From: a virus
DNA length: 64,000 nucleotides
Strand: one strand, 5' to 3'
IMG/VR virus record: IMGVR_UViG_3300008108_000011
Location: 64,001 to 128,000 of that record
Below the pieces are notes generated by a model. The model ran no database searches, was not told the DNA's origin, and saw only the letters and a program-made list of their open reading frames with translations. Made by a program: the position numbers and the translations under genes. Below, piece by piece: positions 10,260 through 18,998 of the stretch. Position 1 is the stretch's first letter, and every line of letters begins with the position of its first letter.

Positions 10260-11201
10260 ATGAAAACAAACATCATTCACGTTGGAGACAACATCACCAA
10301 TCTGAAGAATCTTCCTGATTCTTCTGTGGATTTGTGTGTCACTTCGCCACCTTATTATAACCTGCGTGACTATCAGAATGCAGGTCAAATTGGTGTGGAA
10401 AATACTGTGAGTGAGTATGTAGAGAATCTTTGCAAAGTATTTGATGAGATCTATCGTGTATTGAAACCGACTGGATCGTGTTGGGTCAATATTGCTGATA
10501 CATACGATAAGAAGCGTTTGCTTCAGGTTCCTAGTCGTTTTGAGATTGCCATGTGTGATCGTGGATGGCAGCTCAGAAATGAAATTATTTGGAACAAACC
10601 TAATCCACAACCAATCTCTTCGAAGGATCGTTTCTGGTCTAATCATGAGAAGTTCTTTTGGTTTGTGAAGGATGTGAAAAAATACTATTTTGATCGAGAT
10701 CCTATTCTTGTGCCACAAGCAGAGATTAGTATTCGACGCATGTTCTCTAAGAACAATGTAGATAAGCGTAAGGATGCTAATGCATCTGAAAAGGAAGGAT
10801 TTGCGATTTCATCCGTGAGTCAGGATAAGCATTATGCCCGTATGCGAGAAGAGATGGGTATCTCCAAAGATTTTGATTATGAGGCATTGATTGCTGCTGG
10901 CAAGTGCCCCATGCGACCAGAATTCAGCGTCTGGGAGGTCGCTAGCACCACCTACAAGGGCGCTCACTTCGCTGTCTACCCTCCCGATCTGATCGCCAAA
11001 CCTGTTCTCTCGTGCTGCCCCTTAGACGGCGTTGTGGTCGATCCTTTTATGGGGTCTGGAACCACGGGTGAAGTGGCAAAAGCAAATCAGCGTAAGTATA
11101 TTGGGTTTGAACTGAATCCAGAATATGCTAAACTGGCGGAGCAACGTATCGCGTCGGTCTCGGGGGCTTCTCTGGGGAAATTCCTTGACACGGTTGCCTG
11201 A
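10260..11201 (+). CDS. DNA methyltransferase, beta class (N4-cytosine/N6-adenine)
   Basis: Motif IV TSPPYY N-terminal, motif I VVDPFMGSGTTG C-terminal, HFAVYPPDLI; likely start ATG 10260. Confidence 0.92.
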   Translation: MKTNIIHVGDNITNLKNLPDSSVDLCVTSPPYYNLRDYQNAGQIGVENTVSEYVENLCKVFDEIYRVLKPTGSCWVNIADTYDKKRLLQVPSRFEIAMCDRGWQLRNEIIWNKPNPQPISSKDRFWSNHEKFFWFVKDVKKYYFDRDPILVPQAEISIRRMFSKNNVDKRKDANASEKEGFAISSVSQDKHYARMREEMGISKDFDYEALIAAGKCPMRPEFSVWEVASTTYKGAHFAVYPPDLIAKPVLSCCPLDGVVVDPFMGSGTTGEVAKANQRKYIGFELNPEYAKLAEQRIASVSGASLGKFLDTVA

Positions 11202-11213
11202 AACCTATATAAT
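11185..11213 (+). promoter_or_regulatory. Consensus sigma70 promoter
   Basis: TTGACA-N17-TATAAT. Confidence 0.85.
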
Positions 11214-11233
11214 GGTGGAAACGCGACGGATCG

Positions 11234-11359
11234 ATGACCACGCCCAACTGGCAGCACCACTCTAAGAAAGAGCAGAAGCGCACCCTGAAACCACAGGCGA
11301 TGCGTCAAGCAAAAGCTCGCAAGCAAGCACTTAAGCGTCAACTGGAGGTAATCAAATGA
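11234..11359 (+). CDS. Small basic hypothetical protein (41 aa)
   Basis: MTTPNWQHHSKKEQKRTLKPQAMRQAKARKQALKRQLEVIK; ATGA overlap with the next ORF. Confidence 0.65.
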   Translation: MTTPNWQHHSKKEQKRTLKPQAMRQAKARKQALKRQLEVIK

Positions 11360-11541
11360 CTCATTATGATCAACTGATTGATTCTATCATTGATGAAATT
11401 TATTATGTGTGGACAGAATGCTCCAGTTGGAATGAAGATGATCAAGAAACTGCAAAAGAAGCAGCACACCGTATTCTTCAACACGTAGAAGAGTTTCAAT
11501 CTGTTCGCACTAAACTTGGACAATGGAGAGCAAGTGACTAA
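11356..11541 (+). CDS. Hypothetical protein
   Basis: Translationally coupled chain, GGAGG SD. Confidence 0.65.
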   Translation: MTHYDQLIDSIIDEIYYVWTECSSWNEDDQETAKEAAHRILQHVEEFQSVRTKLGQWRASD

Positions 11542-11747
11542 TGGCATTATCTAAACAAGTAGAAGAATCACTAGACGAAGCACAATCATCATTGCGTAAT
11601 GCACTTGCATATGCAGCACGAAATGAACGTGCTGTAGTTAATCAAGGTATTGCAGATTTGATGTGTAGCATTGAAAAACTAAAATCTGTAGACCAACTGT
11701 TTGATACCCTTGATAAGTGGAAAGATGAGTCTTCTAAAAATCAATAA
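11541..11747 (+). CDS. Hypothetical protein
   Basis: TAATG coupling. Confidence 0.65.
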   Translation: MALSKQVEESLDEAQSSLRNALAYAARNERAVVNQGIADLMCSIEKLKSVDQLFDTLDKWKDESSKNQ

Positions 11748-11934
11748 ATCATCTCTGGTCGAAGAACCAGTAAAAACGACACCAGAAAATGTTAGGGAAG
11801 CAAACGAAGGATTGTTTCATGCTAAAATGACACTTCCTGCTGCAGCAAAGCATTGTGGTATGACTAAAAAAGAGATGAAACTTACATTTTTTGAATATTT
11901 GAAGTATCATCCTCCTACTTATGAACTATCGTGA
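11725..11934 (+). CDS. Hypothetical protein
   Basis: MSLLKINK...MTLPAAAKHCGMT..EMKLTFFEYLK. Confidence 0.65.
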   Translation: MSLLKINKSSLVEEPVKTTPENVREANEGLFHAKMTLPAAAKHCGMTKKEMKLTFFEYLKYHPPTYELS

Positions 11935-12457
11935 AGTAGCAGAACTAATAGCAAATCAAAATATCGTTGCTATTTTTCAAGGAAAGTGTGAAGCTGGTCC
12001 TAGAGCATTAGGAAATAGATCTATTTTATATGATCCCAGAGATCCTAATGCTCAGAAAAGAATCAATAGAATAAAAAAGAGAGAATGGTATCGACCTTTT
12101 GCCGCTACCGTTCTCTTTGAGTATGCACATGAATGGTTTGAAATGTATTCTTTACAGGATTCCAAATTCATGATGTATGCTACAAAAGCAAAACAACATG
12201 TTATTGATCTTATTCCAGGAGTTCTACATGTAGACAATACTTGTAGAATACAAACGATCACAGAAGAAGAAAATTATCATTATTATCACATTATACAGCA
12301 ATTTTATAATATAACCAATATTCCATTATTATTTAATACTTCTTTTAATTTAGCTGGAGAAGTGATAGTATATACTGAAGAAGACGCTATTTCTACTCTT
12401 GAAAGATCAGAAATAGATTATGTCTATTTTCCAGAAAAGTCATTATGTATATCTTAG
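11921..12457 (+). CDS. Carbamoyltransferase C-terminal (YrdC-like) domain as a stand-alone gene
   Basis: FQGKCEAGPRALGNRSIL.DPR...KREWYRPFA...HVDNTCRIQT...NTSFNLAGE. Confidence 0.9.
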   Translation: MNYREVAELIANQNIVAIFQGKCEAGPRALGNRSILYDPRDPNAQKRINRIKKREWYRPFAATVLFEYAHEWFEMYSLQDSKFMMYATKAKQHVIDLIPGVLHVDNTCRIQTITEEENYHYYHIIQQFYNITNIPLLFNTSFNLAGEVIVYTEEDAISTLERSEIDYVYFPEKSLCIS

Positions 12458-13434
12458 CAGTAAATATATCACATCATGCGTCAGTTTGTTTATTGCATGA
12501 TGGTGATATTATTTTCTTCTTAGAAGAAGAACGTGTTTCTAAGATAAAACACCATCCTGTTGGGGTATCACATAATTTAAAATGCTTAGAACTAATTCCT
12601 GTGAAGCATGTAGATTATTTGGTAATATGCTCAGCTTCAAAAGATAATTATATTCACAACTCTTCTGTGGTAAAACAGATATTAAATTTTCCACATTCAA
12701 ATTACGTTGAATATTCAGATCATCATCTATTTCATGCAGCAAGTGCTTTTTATAATTCTGGATTTGATGATGCTGTTTGTTTAGTTGTTGATGGTGGTGG
12801 ATGGGAAATAAAAAAATTCTATTCAGAAATAGAAAGTTTATATAGTTGTTCATATAACAATTTTGAACCATTGTATAAGCATTATTCCACTAAAAATATA
12901 ACAACCAATCATTCTTATTTGTATAAAAACGCATATATGTCTGATAGTTTAGGATCTGGTAATTTATTTCGTAGATTTACAAAACTTTTAGGTCTCGGAT
13001 ATGAATCTGGTAAACTTATGGGTATGTCTACTTATGGTTCCAATGCATATGCAGATGATTGGTTTTATTATGATGATACTATTTGTTTGTGGAGAACAAA
13101 CAATAGTATAATCAATCAAAAATTTATTAAAAAATATAGTTCGTTTACATCGAAAGCAAATTTAGCACATAAGATTCAACTTGAAACAAAATATCATACT
13201 ATAAAACTTTTAGAGAAAGCTTTTTTACATAATGATAAAGTTGTTTTGTCTGGTGGTTATTTTCAAAATTGCGTAAACAACTACGAATATGTAAAATATT
13301 TTCCATCTAAACAATTTTTTATTGATCCGATTTGTCATGATGGTGGAACTTCCATTGGCGCAGCAAAATATTTGTGGCATCACTTGACAAATGACAAAAC
13401 CTCTCGTAAACTAAAAACTCTTTATTTGGGATGA
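12445..13434 (+). CDS. Carbamoyltransferase N-terminal (Kae1-like) domain as a stand-alone gene
   Basis: HHASVCL..DG...EEERVSKIKH; DHHLFHAASAFYNS; VVDGGG; GKLMGMSTYG; SGGYFQNCVNN; HDGGTSIGAA. Confidence 0.9.
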   Translation: MYILAVNISHHASVCLLHDGDIIFFLEEERVSKIKHHPVGVSHNLKCLELIPVKHVDYLVICSASKDNYIHNSSVVKQILNFPHSNYVEYSDHHLFHAASAFYNSGFDDAVCLVVDGGGWEIKKFYSEIESLYSCSYNNFEPLYKHYSTKNITTNHSYLYKNAYMSDSLGSGNLFRRFTKLLGLGYESGKLMGMSTYGSNAYADDWFYYDDTICLWRTNNSIINQKFIKKYSSFTSKANLAHKIQLETKYHTIKLLEKAFLHNDKVVLSGGYFQNCVNNYEYVKYFPSKQFFIDPICHDGGTSIGAAKYLWHHLTNDKTSRKLKTLYLG

Positions 13435-13886
13435 TAGACTACGGTAACGAAAAACTCAATCAAATATTTCAAGATACATGGCCAAACTTAGGATGGGCAA
13501 AAAAAGACATGGATATCAAATTTGCTGGTAATTACCCAGGACCACTATATGCACCTCACCCTGATATTAAGAAAATGACACACGAAGAAATGCTTGAAGA
13601 AGCAGAGCGTCGTGAGAAGAGCAATCGTGTTCTTCAACGATATAATGACTATTACAACATGGAATGTGCTGGTTTACCTCACGGAACGCCAATCACACCA
13701 GAGCATCAACAAATTATTACTCTACAATCTATGATTGATGCTATTCGTTGTGAGTATCTTAATCGTGAATATAATGACATTGCCATTTCTGATATTGAAG
13801 ATTTGATTCAACGACTTGATGAGCAGGCAACAGCATTTCTTAAAAGAGTGAAAGAGTTTAAAGATAGTGCGGATGGTGTAGCATGA
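13431..13886 (+). CDS. Hypothetical protein
   Basis: ATGA-coupled ORF. Confidence 0.6.
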   Translation: MIDYGNEKLNQIFQDTWPNLGWAKKDMDIKFAGNYPGPLYAPHPDIKKMTHEEMLEEAERREKSNRVLQRYNDYYNMECAGLPHGTPITPEHQQIITLQSMIDAIRCEYLNREYNDIAISDIEDLIQRLDEQATAFLKRVKEFKDSADGVA

Positions 13887-14065
13887 GTAGATTCACTAAA
13901 AATCCAGACGAGATTGTGCTGGAAGATATTAAAATGTTTCATTATGAAACGATGGAGGAAGGTCGTGCTGTGTGGATTGGCATCTATACTAACGACGGTA
14001 AAATCTACCACATGAATATCGGTGGTGACAATCTTTATGTGAATTATTCCGATGAGACTTGTTAA
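13883..14065 (+). CDS. Hypothetical protein
   Basis: ATGA-coupled ORF. Confidence 0.6.
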   Translation: MSRFTKNPDEIVLEDIKMFHYETMEEGRAVWIGIYTNDGKIYHMNIGGDNLYVNYSDETC

Positions 14066-14252
14066 ACAAACACAGTGGGAAGATTTCCTTGAGGGATATC
14101 ACAACTTCATGTATGCTTGGGATAGCTATGACACCCCAGAATTCTGGGAAGCATTGTGCTATGGATGGTATGACGAATATATCTATCCATACGATGATCC
14201 ATTTGTTATACACATCCCTTCACCACAGCGTAAACTGAGGTTAGCAGAATGA
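14052..14252 (+). CDS. Hypothetical protein
   Basis: Packed ORF chain. Confidence 0.55.
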   Translation: MRLVKQTQWEDFLEGYHNFMYAWDSYDTPEFWEALCYGWYDEYIYPYDDPFVIHIPSPQRKLRLAE

Positions 14253-14527
14253 AACTCTTTGATTACTACCACTACGAAGATTACGGGCACGAATGGTATT
14301 TCCAACTGCTTGGGTGGTATCCACATTTCGCATTGATGGATGTTGTTATTCAGTGGGATGAGTTTCCTGCCACTGAAATATTCCCAATGCTGCTGATTAG
14401 CTTCGGTAGTCGCTCACTCACAGGATTCTCATTCCGCTGGAAGTGGTTTGAGATTCGCTGTGATTTTCTCACATCTGCACCACGCAACTATGACAAATAC
14501 CATCGTTATGGAGAATCATATCAATGA
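14249..14527 (+). CDS. Hypothetical aromatic-rich protein
   Basis: ATGA-coupled ORF. Confidence 0.6.
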   Translation: MKLFDYYHYEDYGHEWYFQLLGWYPHFALMDVVIQWDEFPATEIFPMLLISFGSRSLTGFSFRWKWFEIRCDFLTSAPRNYDKYHRYGESYQ

Positions 14528-15060
14528 CTAACCCACTGATTGAAAAATACGAAGAAATCTACGGCGAGAAGAAAGAGGAAGTCGTAGAAGAAAAAAATCC
14601 GCCTCTATCTATCAAAGAGATGAAAGAAAGATACACATCATCTGGCCTGCTTGGAGGTATGGGAGATGATATTCTCTCTTTTGGTGGTGCTAATAGTATT
14701 ACATCCATCCCACCTAACACCAATCCAGGATTAACTATCAATGGTGGGTCAGAAATCATGGATAGTGGAGCATTTGTCATTCCTGCTGCTACTGTAAACA
14801 ATGGTGCCATAACTATGGATGGCAGCTATATCAGACCAAACGCATTGATTAGCAATGGCACAACTGTATCAGCACATACACCAAATACATTCATGTTGCC
14901 ACAAAACACACAGATGGATAAGCATCTGTGTAAGGTGATGGATGATTTAGCAAAAGGAAAAGCAGTGTTATCTGCTATCTCAGCAGACGTTGACACATCA
15001 TTTACTGGATTCGGCGGTCAGATAAGATATACTATTGAGATTGTTGGCAGGTATCCATGA
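14524..15060 (+). CDS. Hypothetical protein
   Basis: ATGA-coupled ORF. Confidence 0.6.
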   Translation: MTNPLIEKYEEIYGEKKEEVVEEKNPPLSIKEMKERYTSSGLLGGMGDDILSFGGANSITSIPPNTNPGLTINGGSEIMDSGAFVIPAATVNNGAITMDGSYIRPNALISNGTTVSAHTPNTFMLPQNTQMDKHLCKVMDDLAKGKAVLSAISADVDTSFTGFGGQIRYTIEIVGRYP

Positions 15061-15197
15061 ACCCGTCTGATAAGGATAAGTTATACATCACATTATTTTT
15101 ACTAATGCTCTTCCTACTTGACATGGGCGTGGTTGCTGGTGTATTATTACATGGTAAAGCAAACTTCCCCGAACTCATCAATCATCTGCGATCATGA
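15057..15197 (+). CDS. Small membrane protein (46 aa)
   Basis: MNPSDKDKLYITLFLLMLFLLDMGVVAGVLLHGKANFPELINHLRS; ATGA-coupled at both ends. Confidence 0.6.
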   Translation: MNPSDKDKLYITLFLLMLFLLDMGVVAGVLLHGKANFPELINHLRS

Positions 15198-15409
15198 GGA
15201 AAGTCACTGTAAAACCCAAATCTAGCAAGGCAAAGAATCGTCTTGCTAACATCATGGAAGGCAATCCTGTTTGTATTGTAGAACAGGATACTGGTGGTGA
15301 GTTATTCTTAGCATCAGAGAATCGCAAATACTTTATGTGGGTTAGCACCCGCACTGGCACAAATCGTTTTGGTGACAAATCTGACGCACATTGGGAGGTG
15401 ATTGAATGA
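15194..15409 (+). CDS. Hypothetical protein
   Basis: ATGA-coupled ORF. Confidence 0.65.
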   Translation: MRKVTVKPKSSKAKNRLANIMEGNPVCIVEQDTGGELFLASENRKYFMWVSTRTGTNRFGDKSDAHWEVIE

Positions 15410-15579
15410 ACTACCTTTGTCTTGTTGATGGTGTTGTTGAGTTTGGTAGCACCAGTTTGAGTGACTTTGCTCACTATCAACTGGTGTATGCTGAAGAGCA
15501 CCAAGGTGCTGATGTAGAGTATCTTACTCTCACTGATGAAGAGTATGCTAATCTGTTTCTTGTGGAGGATGAAGAATGA
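15406..15579 (+). CDS. Small acidic hypothetical protein (57 aa)
   Basis: MNYLCLVDGVVEFG...; ATGA-coupled at both ends, below the track cutoff. Confidence 0.6.
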   Translation: MNYLCLVDGVVEFGSTSLSDFAHYQLVYAEEHQGADVEYLTLTDEEYANLFLVEDEE

Positions 15580-15758
15580 AACCTAAGTTCCGTGTTATTT
15601 TAGAACAAGCAATCGAAGAAGGTGTGCGTCGTGGTTGGCATCAGGCACACAAACATGTAGAGAATCCTTTACCAAGTGCCGTTATGGAGCGCATTGACGA
15701 TGCTGTAATGTCTGCAATCTACGAATACTTTACTTTTGACGAGGAAGACTACCAATGA
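15576..15758 (+). CDS. Hypothetical protein
   Basis: ATGA-coupled ORF. Confidence 0.65.
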   Translation: MKPKFRVILEQAIEEGVRRGWHQAHKHVENPLPSAVMERIDDAVMSAIYEYFTFDEEDYQ

Positions 15759-15952
15759 CCTACGATCAACTCTACAAGCACATTACTCATTATGTTGCTC
15801 AACCATTGGATGATAAACGTAAAGCATGTTTGATTCTAGGTGCATTTATGGAGTTTATTCTTGACTGCCAAGAAGAAGGTGTTGATGCAAATACTATTGA
15901 TGTGACTTATTTTATTCACGAAAAACTTGATGAAATTGAGGCAGTAAAATGA
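15755..15952 (+). CDS. Hypothetical protein
   Basis: ATGA-coupled ORF. Confidence 0.6.
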   Translation: MTYDQLYKHITHYVAQPLDDKRKACLILGAFMEFILDCQEEGVDANTIDVTYFIHEKLDEIEAVK

Positions 15953-16248
15953 GCGGCGGACACTTTGGAGATTGTGGTTACGATTACTACAAGGTAGCAC
16001 AGTTTGCTGATGAGTTGGAAGTAGAGATTGAGAATAATGGTAAGGCGAGGTATGAAGATCGCACTTATGGTTATGAATGGTATCCCAACCATGACCCTGA
16101 TGTGATTGATGTTTTACGAGAGCAAATCCCTAAACTGCGTAAGATGGCAACGATTATGAGAGACATTGATTATCTTTACAGTGGTGATATTGGTGATGAC
16201 ACTTTCCTGCTGCGTATGAAAGAAACGGAGGCTAAATATGACTTCTAA
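15949..16248 (+). CDS. Hypothetical protein
   Basis: ATGA-coupled ORF. Confidence 0.65.
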   Translation: MSGGHFGDCGYDYYKVAQFADELEVEIENNGKARYEDRTYGYEWYPNHDPDVIDVLREQIPKLRKMATIMRDIDYLYSGDIGDDTFLLRMKETEAKYDF

Positions 16249-16420
16249 AGTAAAGTTTGTTTATGTGACCCGCACGATTGACCCAAAGACACGCATTCAT
16301 TACTTGGATGCGATTGACGAGAATGGTCAACACTGGATGGCAGAAATGTCACACAAAGAAGAGCCATGGTTGTGCTTCACTGATGTGTGGAAGAAAGATG
16401 TGCAGGTGCCTTATGATTGA
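16238..16420 (+). CDS. Hypothetical protein
   Basis: Packed ORF chain. Confidence 0.55.
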   Translation: MTSKVKFVYVTRTIDPKTRIHYLDAIDENGQHWMAEMSHKEEPWLCFTDVWKKDVQVPYD

Positions 16421-16727
16421 AACTTTGATTGCTGGTCTTACTTGTGGACTTGCTACATATTATGGAGTCGGAGATGGATTTCATGGACAAAAAACCGCTA
16501 ATGGTGAACGGTTTGATGCTTATCGTTGGACTGCAGCTCATCCTTATCTGCCTATGGGTAGCAAAATACGGGTGACGAATCAAGACAATGGCAAACAAGT
16601 AATTGTTAGAGTAAATGATCGTGGCCCTTATTCTCATGCTGATTTGGATCTCTCTTATGCTGCTTTTGCTCACATTCAACCTGCGCGTAAAGGTAACGCT
16701 ACCGTCTGCTGGAGAGTAGTAGGGTGA
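16413..16727 (+). CDS. rlpA: RlpA-family (DPBB) septal ring lytic transglycosylase-like protein
   Basis: ATYYG..FHGQKTANGERFD...TAAHPYLPMGSKIRVTN...VIVRVNDRGPY...LDLSYAAF; likely start 16413. Confidence 0.88.
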   Translation: MIETLIAGLTCGLATYYGVGDGFHGQKTANGERFDAYRWTAAHPYLPMGSKIRVTNQDNGKQVIVRVNDRGPYSHADLDLSYAAFAHIQPARKGNATVCWRVVG

Positions 16728-16876
16728 CTGGAGTTGCAGCATGGGTCTTGACAATGTGCTTGGAGGGTAATATACTGTGTGTGCGTGGTCAGGTTCCTCC
16801 CACTAAATATTACGAACCTGGCAAATCCTGTTACATTGAAGGAGTCTTTTACGAATCATGCCCAAAGCGAAACTGA
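16724..16876 (+). CDS. Small Cys-containing hypothetical protein (50 aa)
   Basis: GTGA-coupled; MTGVAAWVLTMCLEGNILCVRGQVPPTKYYEPGKSCYIEGVFYESCPKRN fills the apparent gap. Confidence 0.5.
   Translation: MTGVAAWVLTMCLEGNILCVRGQVPPTKYYEPGKSCYIEGVFYESCPKRN
16748..16776 (+). promoter_or_regulatory. Sigma70-type promoter
   Basis: TTGACA-N17-TATACT. Confidence 0.65.
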
Positions 16877-17232
16877 TTGCTATTCTTTCTCTCTTTATTG
16901 CTTCTCCTGCATTCGCACAACAACAAATTTATCGCCCATTTCGTTATGAAACTCCTTGCCTCTTAGAGCAGGGTATTCAAACCTATCCTGATACATGTGT
17001 TGTGATTGAGACTCGTGAAAAAGGTGGGGCACTTCGCACTCGTAATATCTTTTCTAATAAGCATGGTCTGACTATTAAAGGTCGCTTTGACAAAGAAAAA
17101 GGTTATATGACTTGGGATAGTCACAACAAGTTTGAATATGAGTGGGAATATAAAGTTGGTGGCAATAATGATCTCGGTGCATGGACTTATGTGATGCCTG
17201 GTTTCCTTGTTCAAAACGTTAGCTGGGATTGA
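16858..17232 (+). CDS. Hypothetical protein with signal peptide
   Basis: MPKAKLIAILSLFIASPAFA signal-peptide-like N-terminus. Confidence 0.7.
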   Translation: MPKAKLIAILSLFIASPAFAQQQIYRPFRYETPCLLEQGIQTYPDTCVVIETREKGGALRTRNIFSNKHGLTIKGRFDKEKGYMTWDSHNKFEYEWEYKVGGNNDLGAWTYVMPGFLVQNVSWD

Positions 17233-17233
17233 G

Positions 17234-18037
17234 ATGATTGATTTCAATGACATAAAAAAAATATTTTCTGAATCCGAATGGGATATCGCTTATCTTTCTG
17301 AAGAAAATTTAAAAAGATCTTCTAGTGCTCCAATAAAAGTTAAATTGCATGTATTTGGTCATGATATGACCAATGCTATTCATGCCACGTCACCAAATGG
17401 TATTATATTAGCAAAATATTCTACAGAATCAAATGATTATTCTTTATATACAGAATCTTATGACAAATTACTGAATCTTTTTAGTAAGGAAGATTTTGTT
17501 CCTGCTTATGTTAATTTTAAGGAAGCTGCAATACTATCTGGTTTTGGAGCAAGAGCTAAAAATTCATTAGTTTACAATAGAAAATTTGGTTTTCAATGTA
17601 AATTTTGTGTCTATATTTTTAGAGATAAAATAACAAATCATGAAATATTAAAACCACAACGGCAAACTTTAGATTTGTGTGAAGAGTGTGAGGATTGTAT
17701 TATAAATTGCCCTGTGAACGCTATTCATGAAGATTGGGTTGATGCTGAAAAATGTGATAATTTTATTGGATATGGAAATGATCCAAATATTTCTTCTTTG
17801 AAATGGTTTTGGTATGAAAAAATGAATCCTAAAAATGTTTCTAAAGAACAAATATATCAATGGGATTCACATGCGAAATATGGAAAAAATATTCTTTGGG
17901 GGAATGGTCTAGATGGTTTCTATGAATTAACAATCGAAGGATTGATGAAAGATGGTAAATCGGTGAAGATACCTCATTGCAGAAAATGTCAAGAACAACC
18001 AAAATGTAGTAAAGCTCCCTTCATCAATGAACAATAA
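17234..18037 (+). CDS. QueG (epoxyqueuosine reductase)-like 4Fe-4S protein
   Basis: KEAAILSGFGARAKNSLVYNRKFG; CEECEDCIINCPVNAI...AEKC; CRKCQ; likely start 17234. Confidence 0.65.
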   Translation: MIDFNDIKKIFSESEWDIAYLSEENLKRSSSAPIKVKLHVFGHDMTNAIHATSPNGIILAKYSTESNDYSLYTESYDKLLNLFSKEDFVPAYVNFKEAAILSGFGARAKNSLVYNRKFGFQCKFCVYIFRDKITNHEILKPQRQTLDLCEECEDCIINCPVNAIHEDWVDAEKCDNFIGYGNDPNISSLKWFWYEKMNPKNVSKEQIYQWDSHAKYGKNILWGNGLDGFYELTIEGLMKDGKSVKIPHCRKCQEQPKCSKAPFINEQ

Positions 18038-18317
18038 AAATATGACTGAAATCCATTTATTCGTGCAGGAAGGATGTAGACCCTGCTTGTATGCTGAAAC
18101 ACAACTGAAGAAGGTTGATGGTTGGGAGAATGTTGTCACCATCACCAACGCTAAAGAGGGCAAACAGTGGACTCAGTTTGCTACTGATTGTGGAGTAGTT
18201 GCAACACCAACTCTAATTGCCTTGATTGATGGTGTAGTGGTTGCTAAGATTGAAGGGTCGAATAACATGACATCAGACTTTTGGAGGGCTACGGTAGAGA
18301 AGCATGGGAATGTTTGA
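18027..18317 (+). CDS. Thioredoxin/glutaredoxin-like protein
   Basis: CRPC active site, cis-Pro motif GVVATPTLI. Confidence 0.8.
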   Translation: MNNKNMTEIHLFVQEGCRPCLYAETQLKKVDGWENVVTITNAKEGKQWTQFATDCGVVATPTLIALIDGVVVAKIEGSNNMTSDFWRATVEKHGNV

Positions 18318-18699
18318 TTACTTTCGTTCGTCCTATGATTTGGGTGAGCAGTTTACAAATGTGGTGTGTCAAACCAAAGATATTGAGGATGGTATTGGTG
18401 GCACAATGACAGACTATTGGTTAGATCCCAATGGTCTGTTATGGTATCCAAGCTATATTGGATGTCACACAATGGAAATCTATGAAGAAGGTCATCCAAA
18501 GTATAATCCAGATAGAAAGTTTTTAAACTTTGAATGGATTCCAACAGGCGTTCGTGGTAAGTATCAACCATGTATGCTTACAAAGTATATTGAAGTCTAT
18601 CCTGCCAACTGGAAAGGCAAATGGGAAGATTGGCCTCGCTTGCGCTTGCACCTGAAATATGGTAAACTACAAGACCACACTGATGTGACAGGGCGATGA
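18304..18699 (+). CDS. Hypothetical protein
   Basis: MGMFDYFRSSY...CQTKDIE... Confidence 0.7.
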   Translation: MGMFDYFRSSYDLGEQFTNVVCQTKDIEDGIGGTMTDYWLDPNGLLWYPSYIGCHTMEIYEEGHPKYNPDRKFLNFEWIPTGVRGKYQPCMLTKYIEVYPANWKGKWEDWPRLRLHLKYGKLQDHTDVTGR

Positions 18700-18998
18700 G
18701 CACAACAACTTTCACTTACAAAAGCGACGAACTGGTGTGCATGGGTGAACGCTACCCAGGCAAGACACTGACAATCTCAACAAAGTGTGACGACCTCAAT
18801 GCACACGAGTTGCTTGACATTTTTAAATCTTTCATGTTAGGATGTGGTTATGCCGAAAAAAGTTTCTACGATGCCTGCTACGAAGTCTGCCAAGAACACC
18901 CGCGCTATCGCCAAAGCGGAAACGGATCAAAACTGGGGCAAACTGACAAAACAGAAGAAGGATACAAAGATCCCTACACCTACCCAACAGGAATGTAG
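18696..18998 (+). CDS. Hypothetical protein
   Basis: ATGA-coupled ORF. Confidence 0.55.
   Translation: MSTTTFTYKSDELVCMGERYPGKTLTISTKCDDLNAHELLDIFKSFMLGCGYAEKSFYDACYEVCQEHPRYRQSGNGSKLGQTDKTEEGYKDPYTYPTGM

Noticed and set aside
12687-12695. Single TTTTCCACA
   Set aside because: Isolated and inside a CDS; compatible with chance.
16790-16822. CAGGTTC/GAACCTG hairpin enclosing CTAAATA, like the T4 early/late translational switch
   Set aside because: Lies in a plausible 50-aa ORF and does not cover the downstream RBS.
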